A stretch of DNA of 57,726 nt, counting the filler, from Sphacelaria rigidula (Eukaryota): NCBI GenBank assembly GCA_964200075.2. It is 7 parts of 7 records of this genome, joined end to end, with 100 filler letters (N's around TTAATTAATTAA, not from the genome) between each part and the next. Parts side by side here need not be neighbours in the genome. Positions count along the whole stretch, not along the records: positions 41,307 to 49,466 come from CAXNAA020012084.1; positions 49,567 to 57,726 come from CAXNAA020012085.1; 5 more parts are not named here. One strand, given 5' to 3'. Below, piece by piece: positions 43,905 through 56,420 of the stretch (the first letter of the stretch is position 1; the number at the start of each line of letters is the position of its first letter). Both the position numbers and the translations under genes were made by a program. The notes under the pieces are model-generated. The model was not told where the DNA came from, searched no databases, and saw only the letters and a list, made by a program, of their open reading frames with translations.

Positions 43905-46900
43905 GCATCGTTGCTCTTACTCGATGAGACCAACAACCTCGAAGACGTTCCGTACGAAACCACATCCCTGGAGGCTTGGCCCGCGGGGAGGGATTTGGAG
44001 GTGATTTTCTTCGATCCTGGCGAGTACTATCTGGTTGACCACGGCGCCGATAAACGCTTAAAAATCACGGCAATTGGTCGAGCTACATCGCCACCGCCAC
44101 CGATACCACCGACAGAGTCGACATCCCGGGGGACTGATGTTGGGCGTCCGGTGACGGGCGAAGCTTCAGGGGCTTCTTCTCGCTCCAGGAAGAAAAAGGG
44201 AAAGGGGAAAAAGGCAGGCGGGGCCCGAACGGTGGTCGCGGAGGCGGCGGCGGTGGCGTCGACGGGATGGGCGAGGAAGGTTAGTGATGCTTCTCGTTCT
44301 ATTGAGCCATGCCCGAGTCCTTCGGCAGACACATCGAGCAGTGACGAGGGTGCTGATAGCGGTGAGGTTGGGGAGAAACCCCGGGTCAACGACGATGAGG
44401 GCAAAGAGGAGGAGCACACTGTCATCAGCGTGGGCTGGAGCCGCGGTGGTGAAGAAGGAACAAAGGACGGCAGTCGGCAGGAGTTCGTTTTGGAGCAACC
44501 GCATCCTCCTCCTCACTCCCTTCCCCTGATGGTCGCTTCCCGTGAGGGACAGAGATTGAGTACCAGTGAGCGTCGAGAGTTTGAGGTAGCCGGAGCGGTG
44601 GGCCAGGTGGTTGTGTCTCACAAGAAGGGGTTTGAGCCAATGGTCCTTCACCTCGGGTTTGCCCCAGGACGCGGAGCCCTTGTGGTCTGCGAGTTTGGTC
44701 ATCAAGAGTGTGTGACTCGCGAGGTTGTGTGCCGCCATTCCTCTGCAATGCTGCTGCCGCGCGAGCCAAGCAGAAGGACTCGGACAGAAGCGAGAGCAGT
44801 TGGTAGTGTTTCACCGGCGAGGGTGGCGGCAGCACCGGAGGACGGGGATGAAGATGGCCAAGGCGCGGTTGTTTCTGCACGCCTAGGCCCTGGACCTCTG
44901 CGCTTTTGCCACTTCATACTCGGACACGCAGGGCAGTATTGCTTGGCCTACCGCGATGATACCGCACGAGAATCTACCGTCGTGTTTGTGCAGAGCACGG
45001 CGGACCCCTCCCGCTGTGATGTGTCGGTCCGGGACGACTGTGAGCCCGCGAGACCGAAAATACGGGCAACGTCTGAGGGTGTTGGTCAGGCGGATGAGGA
45101 ATCAACGGTGGGAGGGCGGTCACCCGAGCAAAAAAAGCTCGACGAGAGCAGCCAGGAGACTGTTGCTACCGTTGGAGTCGGTTCAGCGAGCGATGGAAGC
45201 ACGGACAATCGGCGGAGGGGTGGAGGCTGTCGTGCAGAGAAGAGCGCGGGCGGCGATCGCTTGGGGGGCGTTGGGTCTTCTTCCGAGAGCAGCGAGGCTG
45301 CCGGGAAAGATTCTTCCTGCAATAGCCCCTCCCCCATTGTCAAACCCGACGCGTTTCTATCAACTTCGCGGCCACCGCAACAGCCCGCCAGTGGCGCGAC
45401 TGAGATCTCGTCGGCATTCACTCGAGGGAGCACTTGGTGCGAGAAAGGTTTCATGGGGGAGTCTGGCAGCTGGAGTGGGGACGGGGGCGGCTCTTTTGTG
45501 CAACAGAGATCACACGTGAAGAAATCGAGGCGACAGCAACGCAGCAGAGCCAAGAAGATCAACGGGGTTGATCCGGAGACGATCAAAGCGGCGGCCGCAG
45601 CTGCAGACGCAGAGGAAGAAGCAGCGGCCATAGAAGCGGTGCAGGTTCACATCACCGAGGAGGAGCGAGCGGCTGCTGCGTTATCGGCGACGAAAGCTTC
45701 GACTGCCGAATTATTGAGCCCTAAAGGACCCACAACAACTTACGGCAACGTACCGACGGTCACGTGTGACGGAGACTCTCCTGAGACGACAACATGGGTT
45801 GTGTCAGGACTCGCTGCTGTACCCAACGAGAACAAAGCTGTGGCGTCGACCGATAACGTGGTCGCTGACGCGCAGTCGCTAGTGCAAACATCCAACGCGG
45901 GAACAAAAGTTGCTGTCACCGTGAATATTAAGCCAGCAACCGATCCTCAAGCTCCATCACAATTAGAAACAGCCACTGCTTCACCTCTGCAAGGTCTCCC
46001 ACCGTCTATGAAAAACGAGCGTACTTTCCATGGCCAGTCGGCGACCTGCCGGGAGCGGGCCGCTACCAAGCGTGTCAACGCCCCGAAACAGCACAAGAAA
46101 AACAATCGACACGGGGGTAGTTGGTGCAGTAGTAGCGCAAGCAACGCATCATCGAACCAAGAAATTCAAACGGAACCCTACGCTGCTCGCGGCAAAGTAG
46201 AAAGCACGCGAGGGAGAGGGACTCGCCAACACTGGAAACTTACTTCAACCAAGATGGCATCGGCGGCCCGGGGCACGCGAACCTCGTCATGGACCGCTTC
46301 TGCCCCTCCAGAGGTGAAGGGGGCGAGTGATGCGTCGGGTTGGGACGTGCCTGCCGCTGGTGCGTCATGGACAGAGAAGCCAAACACTGAGACAACCACC
46401 ACGGTCGATGTCCCTGTCGACGTGTTGCAAGAACGGGACTCGGGCAAATATTGGGGTGCAAGCGGCAGCAGCGCTCCTGCTCAGCTGCATCGTCATCAGT
46501 TCTCGCGACAGAATGCACCGGCGCCTTCGGCGGCTGCAGAACAGGGAATTCCTCCTGTCGCAGTGTTTCCCCGGTGGCCCCTCACGCCGCCGCTCGCGCC
46601 GTTCCCATCCCCGAAGGACCTGCCAACGCTATCCGGGAGGGGAGACTCAACTGATGGTGAGCTTGCGGCCGTGAGTGTTGCCCCAACCGGTGACGGCCAA
46701 CAGCCGGCGCGTTCGTCGCGGAGTGTCGTAGAAGAGGGTTGGGATGCGGTGCGCGATGCAGGTGATCCGGCGGCGGACACGAACGCATCCCCGAGCGTGG
46801 AGCTTTCGTCGGCGGCGACGGGAGTGTTGACGGCAGCGGGATCGGACGATGACGGACTGCCGCGCCCCCACACCCACCCTGCGCGCGGAAGATCCACGAT

Positions 46901-48350
46901 AGATTCTAGTTCCTCTGGGGCGCGGGCTACATGGGGCAAGAACAATGAACAGAACGAGACCACCCAGGCGAGTGCCGGGGGAGACCGCGAGGAAGTTGGC
47001 TCTGAAGCGGTGGCGGCGGAGGCCGCGGCGCCCGCGGGTGACGACCAGCGGGAGGAGCAAGAACTTGTCGCGACAGACTCGATGCTCGCCGCCTCTTCGC
47101 GGTCGGATGATGAGGCTGTGCAGATCAGCTTTTCGTTCGGTGACTTCGCTTCGCAAGCAGTAGAACCGGTGACTAGTTTGACAATCGAGTCGCCACCGTG
47201 TCAGCAGCAGCAGGGGCAAACGTCACCTCGTAGTCATCCTTCGGAGAACATTCCAGCGTCGAGGTCTAAGCCTGCGTCGACGTGCTCCACTGTTGCCGGA
47301 GAGATGGCGAGCGTTGTCAATGACGAAGATGAAATCAAGCACGCCGGTGGCGAGAGCAGCAACTCTCCGAGCGTGTTTCCAGGGAATTACCGCGCCGACG
47401 ATACTAGTGTTGAGATGCAAGCAACAGACCCGGACCTTCAGTCCAGCGGTGGGTCGGATGGTGACGGCGGCGATGGTGGTGGCAACGGGTGGGATCGGCC
47501 ATCAGTAGGGACGAACGCAGTTCCGCCGTGGGTGGAAGCCGAGTGCGGGTGGATCAACAACAGCTCGTCACCACCAACTGCTTCCGCTCACGGCAACGAC
47601 GACGGCCGGAACGATTCCGAGGTCGGCTTCACTGCTTCACTGTCTTCACCTCTAACCACCACAACCACGACCACAACCGTCCCCACCGCTTCAAGCGGGA
47701 CGGCTAACGACGACACACAGCACGTAGTGGGCGCGGCTGCACAGCCTGCTTCATCTTCAGACCCGGCGGGCACCACCCCCGATCCCACCATGGTGAGTAC
47801 CTCAGCGAGTCACCTTGGTGGCACCCAGTCTGAAGGCGATAGCCTCCGCTACCCTGCTGTTCATCAAAGCAGCATCAGCACCACCACCGCAGCAGCGACA
47901 GCACCACTACCGCCACCACCCGATAACCACAACGTCCCGATGACGGCCGTCAACCCACGATGGGGAAACTGTTCTACAACAATATCGGGTGAGGAGCGCG
48001 CCCGCCGTCACCAGGAACTCGACGACAACATCCGCCGCCGCCTCAATGGCTCGTCATCATCTAGAGCGAAGAGCCGCGGCAGCCGCGGTGGCAGCTGCCA
48101 CACGCTCAAGCCGGCGGAGTTTCCCGAGAGCAGCCGGCTGCCCGCGGGCGGATATTGGGTTGCCGAGAACAAGGACGATCGTCTGCCGCCACCGTCTGAG
48201 TTCGAGATAGTAGAGGCCGCCCGCATGATGAAACTTTTCGACGATATGATGAGACGCCTGGAGAACGACGGTGCGGATACGATGCTGCCGAATGGACACA
48301 CGCCCGCGATCTATGATCTCACGAAAAACAGTGTCGACGGCGCGGAATGA
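43905..48350 (+). CDS. Giant terminal exon (~1480 codons) of an uncharacterised, largely low-complexity protein
   Basis: Uninterrupted 1519-codon ORF with a likely acceptor CACACCGACAG|GCA at 43904/43905 (phase 0) and stop at 48350. Ser/Ala/Gly/Thr-rich. Possibly folded segments: LEVIFFDPGEYYLV, HFILGHAGQYCLAY...VVFVQSTADPSRCDV, and a C-terminal GGYWVAE...MKLFDDMMRRLE. Upstream exons not found. Confidence 0.8.
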   Translation, partial: ASLLLLDETNNLEDVPYETTSLEAWPAGRDLEVIFFDPGEYYLVDHGADKRLKITAIGRATSPPPPIPPTESTSRGTDVGRPVTGEASGASSRSRKKKGKGKKAGGARTVVAEAAAVASTGWARKVSDASRSIEPCPSPSADTSSSDEGADSGEVGEKPRVNDDEGKEEEHTVISVGWSRGGEEGTKDGSRQEFVLEQPHPPPHSLPLMVASREGQRLSTSERREFEVAGAVGQVVVSHKKGFEPMVLHLGFAPGRGALVVCEFGHQECVTREVVCRHSSAMLLPREPSRRTRTEARAVGSVSPARVAAAPEDGDEDGQGAVVSARLGPGPLRFCHFILGHAGQYCLAYRDDTARESTVVFVQSTADPSRCDVSVRDDCEPARPKIRATSEGVGQADEESTVGGRSPEQKKLDESSQETVATVGVGSASDGSTDNRRRGGGCRAEKSAGGDRLGGVGSSSESSEAAGKDSSCNSPSPIVKPDAFLSTSRPPQQPASGATEISSAFTRGSTWCEKGFMGESGSWSGDGGGSFVQQRSHVKKSRRQQRSRAKKINGVDPETIKAAAAAADAEEEAAAIEAVQVHITEEERAAAALSATKASTAELLSPKGPTTTYGNVPTVTCDGDSPETTTWVVSGLAAVPNENKAVASTDNVVADAQSLVQTSNAGTKVAVTVNIKPATDPQAPSQLETATASPLQGLPPSMKNERTFHGQSATCRERAATKRVNAPKQHKKNNRHGGSWCSSSASNASSNQEIQTEPYAARGKVESTRGRGTRQHWKLTSTKMASAARGTRTSSWTASAPPEVKGASDASGWDVPAAGASWTEKPNTETTTTVDVPVDVLQERDSGKYWGASGSSAPAQLHRHQFSRQNAPAPSAAAEQGIPPVAVFPRWPLTPPLAPFPSPKDLPTLSGRGDSTDGELAAVSVAPTGDGQQPARSSRSVVEEGWDAVRDAGDPAADTNASPSVELSSAATGVLTAAGSDDDGLPRPHTHPARGRSTIDSSSSGARATWGKNNEQNETTQASAGGDREEVGSEAVAAEAAAPAGDDQREEQELVATDSMLAASSRSDDEAVQISFSFGDFASQAVEPVTSLTIESPPCQQQQGQTSPRSHPSENIPASRSKPASTCSTVAGEMASVVNDEDEIKHAGGESSNSPSVFPGNYRADDTSVEMQATDPDLQSSGGSDGDGGDGGGNGWDRPSVGTNAVPPWVEAECGWINNSSSPPTASAHGNDDGRNDSEVGFTASLSSPLTTTTTTTTVPTASSGTANDDTQHVVGAAAQPASSSDPAGTTPDPTMVSTSASHLGGTQSEGDSLRYPAVHQSSISTTTAAATAPLPPPPDNHNVPMTAVNPRWGNCSTTISGEERARRHQELDDNIRRRLNGSSSSRAKSRGSRGGSCHTLKPAEFPESSRLPAGGYWVAENKDDRLPPPSEFEIVEAARMMKLFDDMMRRLENDGADTMLPNGHTPAIYDLTKNSVDGAE

Positions 48351-50692
48351 TGATGGTTTTTGGGGTGAAGGACTGGGGGGGGAAAGGGAGGGGGTGTTGT
48401 CGGGTGGACCTTACGTTGATGTTGGCATGAGTGGGGCGCGGGGGCGGTGTTGGGTGGTTGGGCGTACAACAGTATTGTAAGGTACGCCGAAAGATGGTGG
48501 CCATAGGGTCTGTATGTGTGCAGTTGTGTGTAAAGTGTTTGAAAATACAAGAAGCCGAGGAGAGGGAGAACGGAGGGCTAGGAAAGTGAGTGATGCTGGG
48601 ACAGATGTGTTGAAAACGATCCCGCTGTGTGAAGTGCGAAAGCGACCCTGCTACAATCTACCTTCGCAGAGCTGTTTGCCGCTTTCGGTCTACTGTGCGT
48701 GTGCTAATCCATTTTTTGTCACGATCGATGAATGAAAACAGGGGTCCCGGTGGTTTCCGGTTGTTGCAGCTATTATCCTGGGCCCGATTTCCGGTGGTTT
48801 CGACAGATGGGGTCAGCCTTGAGGGATCATCTCCCCTCTTTTTGCGCTCTTGAGTCTTGAAGGGAGAGTTGCTGCATGCAGGGTTTCTTCTGTGGCAGTG
48901 TGGTGTGTTGTTTTCTTCTGTGTTGCGTGTGTGTGTATCTATCTGCCTGCTCGTCTTGAGGGTAGTCAATTTTATTCCAGACATCGTTACGCTCCTGTAT
49001 GTACTCGTGCATTAGTGACCAGTGGACAAAAATGTGTTTTCGTTCGGTGTCCTATCGCTCGTTAGAACGCGCGCATCGCCGTGCGCCCTGCATGGAATTT
49101 TTCTTGTCTTGTTCTGTTTTGGTTTGTGCTCACGCACGCACACGCACACGCAAATAGACATGATGTTTCTGTAGCTGGAGTCGTGGCAATAGTGTCGTTT
49201 TCCACTGTCGTTGTTTTCGCCGAATTTTGTTGATCCCTTGCTTGCCAGCCGTCGTCCACAGGCGGGCAGGATTTGTCTTGTTGTCATTTGCGTTTGTTTC
49301 TTCGTGTTTTCCCCAGTCGTGCTTTTATCTTGTGTTGGCACTCCGCGGGAGCGGCAGAAAGTGGAACCGTTTTCTCTTCCCCCCCCCCCCCCCACCCCCC
49401 CCCCCCCCCCCCCGCCCCCCCCCCCCCCCCCCCTCTCCACCCTCCCCTCACCCCTCCGACGCACACNNNNNNNNNNNNNNNNNNNNNNNNNNNNNNNNNN
49501 NNNNNNNNNNTTAATTAATTAANNNNNNNNNNNNNNNNNNNNNNNNNNNNNNNNNNNNNNNNNNNNGGGATGCGTGGTCAGTGGTCACACGACGAAGGCA
49601 AGCAACAAATGAGTAACCCCCCCCCCTCCCCCCCATCTCTCGCCTTACCTTCCTCGATCCCTAGTATTTCATCCTCTGATCTTGTCTTTGTTCATTTCTC
49701 TGCTGAGGCAGCGCTTGTACCTTGTTGCTGCAACAAATCTCGTGGGTGATGGTTGACGTCCATTTATTCAAATAGTGGTACAGTTTTCGAATGGCTGTTT
49801 CGCAACCTGCTTCCACGGGCAATTTTCGTGTACTACACGTTCTTCTTTCTTCAACGGCCTCCCTACTTTTATTCCCGTCCTCCTTTCGTTGTTGTGCAAT
49901 AACATTTCTGCTTTTCCCACTTTTTCACTTTGCTTCTTCAACCATTTTACTGATGTTCCGAGTTTCCTTGAGCGAGTGTGTTTCCGTTGTTTTGTTCACC
50001 TTGGGTACGTATATCTTGTGGATAGTGACCATGGCTGGAATGAGGCCTCAAGCCTAGTCGCGCTGAGATGTGCGTACTTGATAGTATACATCTGCAAACT
50101 TGACAAAAAAAGTGTGACGAACACAGTTCAGGGAGAAACCAAGTAGGGTACTCGAGCACCTGACCCGAACACTGCTTTACACAACCTTCAATGCACGACG
50201 CACCCCTAAAGCCACAACGCACGACGTTAATATGGGAGGCGCACCGCAGGGCCTGGTAACAGGTCCCCGCCCGCCCTTGACCCCCAACTTTGCGCGCTTG
50301 CCTACAAAAGACAGATCACTCCCCAATCATATTCGAGTACGCTCCGCTATTCCCGACTTCTGCATGTTCATGTAGCGATGAAAAGGTGACCGACAAGGGG
50401 TTGGAGTGAAGCTTCCGCAATAGTAATGGCGTGGACGCGTCTAATGCAATACTTAGGAGCGCGTAGACAATTTTGGTTGATTACGCTCCGTGATTCCCGG
50501 CGTATACACGTGACCAACAAAAGGTGATTGGTAACGACTTGAATCTGCCCCGACAGAAACGGCGCATCTAGTTGGCATACTCGTACAATAACGGTGCTGC
50601 ATCGGTACATCATGCTGTACTCACAAGTGCGCAGGTGCGGTAAAGCGAGCAACGCGATAAATTACGTGTCAACACAGACCGAAAGAGCACGA

Positions 50693-51633
50693 TCAATATC
50701 TATCCGTTTGTTGAGGCACACGTATTGGCGGCACTTCGTCCTGGCTCGTGTCTTGCCGGTATCGATACGATGTGTCAGATGTATCCTCGCCGACTCCCGC
50801 TCCGACGAAGGAACTCACCACCGGCCGGAACAGCCACGGTGGTAAAAATGACTTGTGAGTTCGATCGCGGGTGACAGTGCCGCGAAACATGCGAGGCTCC
50901 GAACCAAACACGTTCCAGTGTAGCTCAGCCTTGTGGTGAAACACGGTCGGGGCCGCTCCAACCGTCGCGTTCACGTCCTGTGAGAAAGACCAGTATCAAG
51001 GAAGTCAAAATGCAGCCGAAACAATTGAATGAGGGCTGATCAGGTGACACCAAGATCAACGTACAAAGTAGTCATTTGAACCGTGTAGGGTCAGTCGCCT
51101 CGCGTCGGAGCAGAGGAAAGGACGTCGACCGATACGCTGCATACCCGCGAGTGGATCTCGTTGTGCAGGTTAACCGAAATTTCTGCTACTTCCAACTCCA
51201 ACCCTTCTTAAAAAAACGATACGACTCTGGATATGTACCGTCACCGGGGCCGAGCAAGCTCCGACTTGCGGCAAATCGCTCTAAGGAGTTGAAAAGGGCG
51301 GTAGTAACGGTTTTACTCGTTCACCACACACAAAAAGTGGTGACAGCCGCCTTTTGTCACAGATGAGGCGCTGCATTCGTGTAAGCCATGTCGCATGCTC
51401 AAGTGGTTGTGCATCGGTCGAGTAACAAGTGATTAATACAGTCTCGCCACTCCATGACGGGTCTCTGGTACACGTGAAGTCCCCATCTCTTGCAACAAAG
51501 ACGAGATGCTCACCCAAAAGAGTCCGCCGACGTCAAACCACCACTCCCCGCGATGACCTTCGCTAGTCGACACCGTGCCGTTTCGGTTAAACGTGACATG
51601 CTGCCTATGACTCTTCCACGGGCTCAACCGCAT
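50693..51633 (-). CDS. Hypothetical protein, last two exons
   Basis: Exon 51514-51633 (MRLSPWKSHRQHVTFNRNGTVSTSEGHRGEWWFDVGGLFW) has acceptor TTCGCAG and donor GTGAGC. It joins in phase 0 to 50693-50977 (DVNATVG...LHWNVFGSEPRMFRGTVTRDR...WLFRPVVSSFVGAGVGEDT...stop). The sequence has a beta-rich, protein-like composition. Confidence 0.7.
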
Positions 51634-53374
51634 CTGCGAATCAAGAAGACATCATGCGGACGGGAAAACAGGATATCGTGCTGTCGACCTGAGAAGGGGT
51701 GCCGAGTGCGCATCTTGAAACAAAACGAATGACACACAACAGATTGAGATATACCTGGACGTCATCGGCCACAAACAGGTACAGGCTGTACCGCAATGCA
51801 ATCGCCTGGATTTATGGCTATGTGATCAGCCGAATCTGCCGGATACCTCGTCGTGGAGAGACATGACACAAGTGTACCGGAGTATGTCGGCTATTCTCCG
51901 GACTTTCAACGTCGAACTGCACCTGCAACTGGGGAATTTTATGCCTTTGTGCCGAATTCCATGGAGCTGAAATGAAATGCAATATCTCCTCTCTTTCTAC
52001 CTATCAAAAGACAAATAAACAATGGCGTCGAACTTTCGAACTCTTTCAAACCCTTTCCACCAGCTACACTCGTCCAAAAGTATGACACGTGTTTAGATCT
52101 CTGAACGAAGCCCTGCTCTTTTGTGCGGAGGTTCGATTACCGAGTTCGCCCGCGACAGGGAACCCATGAACCGACAAACATAAGTGGACCTAACGGGTGC
52201 CAACAAGTATAAGTTATGCATGCAAATGACGTTGAAGAGAACCACACGCAGAAAATGTACGACCGACGGTTACTGATCGAGGTGGGAAAAGCAGGCGGTA
52301 AAATAGTACTATATCTAGCGTCATACATGGCAAGCGCCTGTACCATGTATACCGTGTGTATACATGTGCACATACAGTACCGTGCATTGGGCAGTAAGGC
52401 ACACACAAAGCACCAGTATTGAATAGTGCACCGCGCGGCACTGTCCGCGTTATCGATAGTATCTCATGCGGCCCCCGCCCCATCCGTTTTGTGCAATAAA
52501 ACGTTGACTTCTGACTCATGTCGCCTCTTTCTCTGACGGCTGTCGCGCACGAATTTGAATATACACTACTGGAGTCGTTTTTCTTCCAACACTACTGGAG
52601 TCGTTTCGGTGGTTCTACAACTATACGCGCTTCGAACGCTCGACGATATTAGTCGAAAATCATCCCCAAGTCCTTGCAATGTGCCCGTATAGCTGTTGGT
52701 GATCTACTTCACATGGCAATACTGCAGCAGCACTCTAGCCCGTAGTATCTCCTGGGAGCGAGTGGATGCGCCACGACAGGGGATTGCCATCTGCAACACG
52801 TGCGTGAAGCTTACTCGGTGCGTCCGCTGCAAACTGAAAGTAATCACAAGCGGTAGATTTTCCTCAATCGGTTATCGAAAAGCAGTGCCACTTCAGAGTT
52901 GCCCGCGCCAAATCATAACCGTCACCCGAACCGAAACGGCGGAGGTGACTCTGAGGATGCTCTTTATGCATATGGCAGTGCTCATTAGCGATAGGCTGTA
53001 GTTCCGTATGCGCGTTTTTCCTTGAAATTTAGCTTATTTTCATCTTTCTGCAAGTTTTTTGTTTCAAGCCCTTTTCCAAGCTCTTTCAGTGCAATATATG
53101 TGTGCTCTATGCGCCTTATTCGCATCCTTGTTGTGGCGTTGTGGCAGTATCCCCTCACGAGGCGCGCCTTCTAGCATGAGGACAAAAGAAGTTGGGCATT
53201 CGAAGTTTTGATGTTCATGTTTGATGCAAAAAATGAAACTATTCGAAGTTTTGACGTTTTTTTTGTTGAAAAATGAAAAAACTCCCCAGTTATTGAGTTT
53301 GAAGGACACAGGCTGAACACCTACACCCTAACCTACCAGCGGAAACAACAAAATAGACTTGAGATACATGAGAC

Positions 53375-54245
53375 AGTAGTTTGCAGCTGAAGTGGGGGAT
53401 TTTGTCATTTTTTTGTGGTCGGTTATTTTCAATAGTGTTTCGCGTGCCACCGCTCATCCCAGCGAACCTTTGATCCCGAGGTTTGGGGATGCAGAGCTAC
53501 TACGTATCCGCTCCACACTCCGAAGCAAAATCATCTCTGCACTAAATATTGACCGACTTACGGGCTGACCGGTTTCCGAGGGGTCCTGCGACTACCCAGC
53601 CCCAGGTCCTGACCCTTGGATAGTTTCGCTCGATCGAAGCAATCCTGCTCGTTCTCGTGAACAAATGAAGAGGATGTTTTTTGGAAGTTTCACCTATGCA
53701 TGGCGCTGGAGCTGAAAAACTATGTTTTTTGGCCCAGTGACGGTCGATAGCACCCCCCTCATGAACGAGGTACTCACTCTGTACCACCCCGACAACACAA
53801 ATTGAGGATTTTGCCTAGGCGCGGCCTGCTTCTTCTCCCAATATCCGTCGACGCTAAGGCTTTCGAGTGCTTAGAAAGAATATTATACTAGAAAAAAAAT
53901 GGAAAGTACCCAACTACGAAATTTGCCCAACAGAGCTTTGCATTCCCCCATTCGCTCTCGTGTATAATTTCACAAACCTTCATTTTTCAGTTCTGCGTAT
54001 CCATCGCACTGGAGCCTAAAAGAAATGTGTCTTGGATCAAAGACGGTCGATAACAACACCCCCTGTCAACTCAGCCCGTAAGTAGTTCAATATTGAGCGC
54101 AGAGACGATCCTTGTTTCGGAATGTGAAGAGGTACCTAGTACTTAGTATCTCCCGATCCTCAAACTTCAGGATCAAACGTCCACTTGGATGAGCAGCGGC
54201 ACGCGAAAAAAATAGAAAAATCCCCTGCTTCAGCTGCAAACTACT
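53375..54245. mobile_element. Non-autonomous TIR element (~870 bp) with long imperfect TIRs
   Basis: AGTAGTTTGCAGCTGAAG...CGCGTGCCACCGCTCATCC...TTTGATCC is mirrored at 54150-54245. Confidence 0.7.
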
Positions 54246-55614
54246 ATGCAGCAGGAGGGCATTGCAGCCTCTGGACAGGGTATTGCAACCTTTAGCCTCT
54301 CGCCCGGCAAGCATATTATCGCTTCTCATTGCTGGTGCTACTTTACTACGCTGTACACTGTACAAGTGCTCACGTCTCAATTATAATTTTCGAAAACATC
54401 ATGGTACCTCGTATAAATAATACACAGGGGAACATTTTTTCTGATCAGACCCGCAAAAAAGTAGGAACACGAAACACGACCATCGAAGTTTGAAGTATGA
54501 CGCCTGATTCCATCAGCGCGTCTGGTGACGAGTCACGCCACATGGAGAATTTGCGGGCAGCTGCTAGAGTGGCTGCAGGAGGCGCATAAAAAATCGTCGC
54601 AACTTCACGCACGTTTCAAGCACACTATGAGCTTTTCATGAATTATGAGCTCATTTCAAATTTTTCAAAGAAAACGTAATTGGAAGCTCAAAAACCCCGA
54701 AGTAGGCTAGACTTTAATCGCGCATACGGAACGGAAGCCTAAAAAGCGAGCGTGCTTTTAGCGGGCCCCACATGAAAATCCGAATCTGCGCAATCTACGC
54801 AAACCAAAGTACAGTGAACTCTTCTCAATCAGTGCGGGTTCTCCATCAACAGGGTAACGTCCCCAGTACGTGGTGTAAAAACATCGGCTGAACTACTCGT
54901 ATAGAACCCTACTTTCCTCCGTCGTTTGCTGTCGGTATCAGCTGTCATCGAATGTGTAGGCAAGAAAAGTAGTTGGGGAAGCGTTTTGCTTAAGCATCTC
55001 AATATGACCATGTGGTGGGGGGAAATTCAACTCGCCATCCCGCACCCAACATGGGAAACCTCCAGTCGGGCCAACTTTCGTGTTTCAGTGCGCGATAAAT
55101 CCGACACACAAGCGCGTTTGCGAGCCCCTAACCTAAATCAACCACAAGCTGGGCCAGCGCCAGCCTAGAAACGGATCTGCTGGGTGCAGGTACAATAGTT
55201 TAGCAGCTCAGTTTTGACAGTTGTGCTTTCAAATTCGGTGTGGAGAATCGCTAGGGCATAACAACAAAGTTGCGGGACATTGAGTTTTTTTTCACGTTTT
55301 CATGTAATAATCCTTTTGGAACCGTTGATGAAAAAGTGACGATTGACAAACTCCTGTATGCGAGTTTTCGTCACTGGGAAATAGTTGCTTCGAGTTCGGT
55401 GCACTTATCTGTCACAAAAGCATACTTGACTTGGAGTAGTGCACCGTTTCGGTGGACTACAACATCAACACTTGCGGGAAAACGACCATATTTTGTCCAA
55501 TAAGACGTCAATTATAAATCGCCACTTTTCCACCAACGGTTCCAAGGAGGTTAAGGGCGAAAACAAGATATCTTTTTCACGAAAAAATATCCCTATATCA
55601 TGAAAAAAAAACTC

Positions 55615-56420
55615 GTCCCTGTGGTAAAGCAAACTCATAGTGGCAGAATGTGGACTATACAAGGGGGAACGGGACGTGCTAGAGGGGGGAATGCGGGACG
55701 TGAACGAAAGTGTCTGATGCGTTAGACAGCAGGGGAAAAACGACGGCTGTACAACGAGCTGGGCTAGCCAAGAGTACATGTGAATCTCGCTCAGGCGATG
55801 CACGGCGCGATATCAAGAGTTGGACGCTGAAATTTTTACAGCAGCTTTTCATGATCAAAACGCAGAAGATCACGGGTGCAGCAAATAAAAAAATAAAAAA
55901 CAAGAAGTTATGGGCATTTGAAATTTCAGCAAAAACAAGAAAATGCCGTAAGTCCAGGAAAAAAAGATAATCTGCAGCTGGACTTGTGAAGTATTAGTCC
56001 CTTGGGCGCAGAAGGTCTTCCTCAAATTTCAACTCAAGACTCGTCGAATTGGGCCGTGCGCTTAACTTTTTCCGTGACGCTGCTGCACCCCCATGAATCA
56101 AGTGATGGGAGACTCCAATTATGAAGGTCATGAGTTCGAATCCCAACAGAATCTTTTTTTTTCGTCCGTCGTAAAGGTCATACATTATGCAGTACATTTT
56201 TCTTCATTTTTCCTTCATTCATCGGCGGTGCCGTTTGTCACCAGGTTGGTCTACACTTCACAGTGACATGCTTACATCGGGTTCATTCGGGAAACTGGGG
56301 AAGTTGTGGTGTGAGCACGTTTTAGCAGCTTTTAGGCTGGCCCAGCTCGTAGGAGATAGATGGTGGCCACAGACGGCGAAAGAGGGCAGGGATGAGATAT
56401 GTAGAGTGTTTTTATGAAAT
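55615..56420 (+). mobile_element. LINE 3' fragment split by a CGAGCTGGG-TIR MITE (55755-56349)
   Basis: 55615-55752 and 56350-56420 match consecutive parts of 12290-12520. The insert is bounded by CGAGCTGGGCTAGCC / GGCTGGCCCAGCTCG, and its interior is also found at ~40732-41060. Confidence 0.78.
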
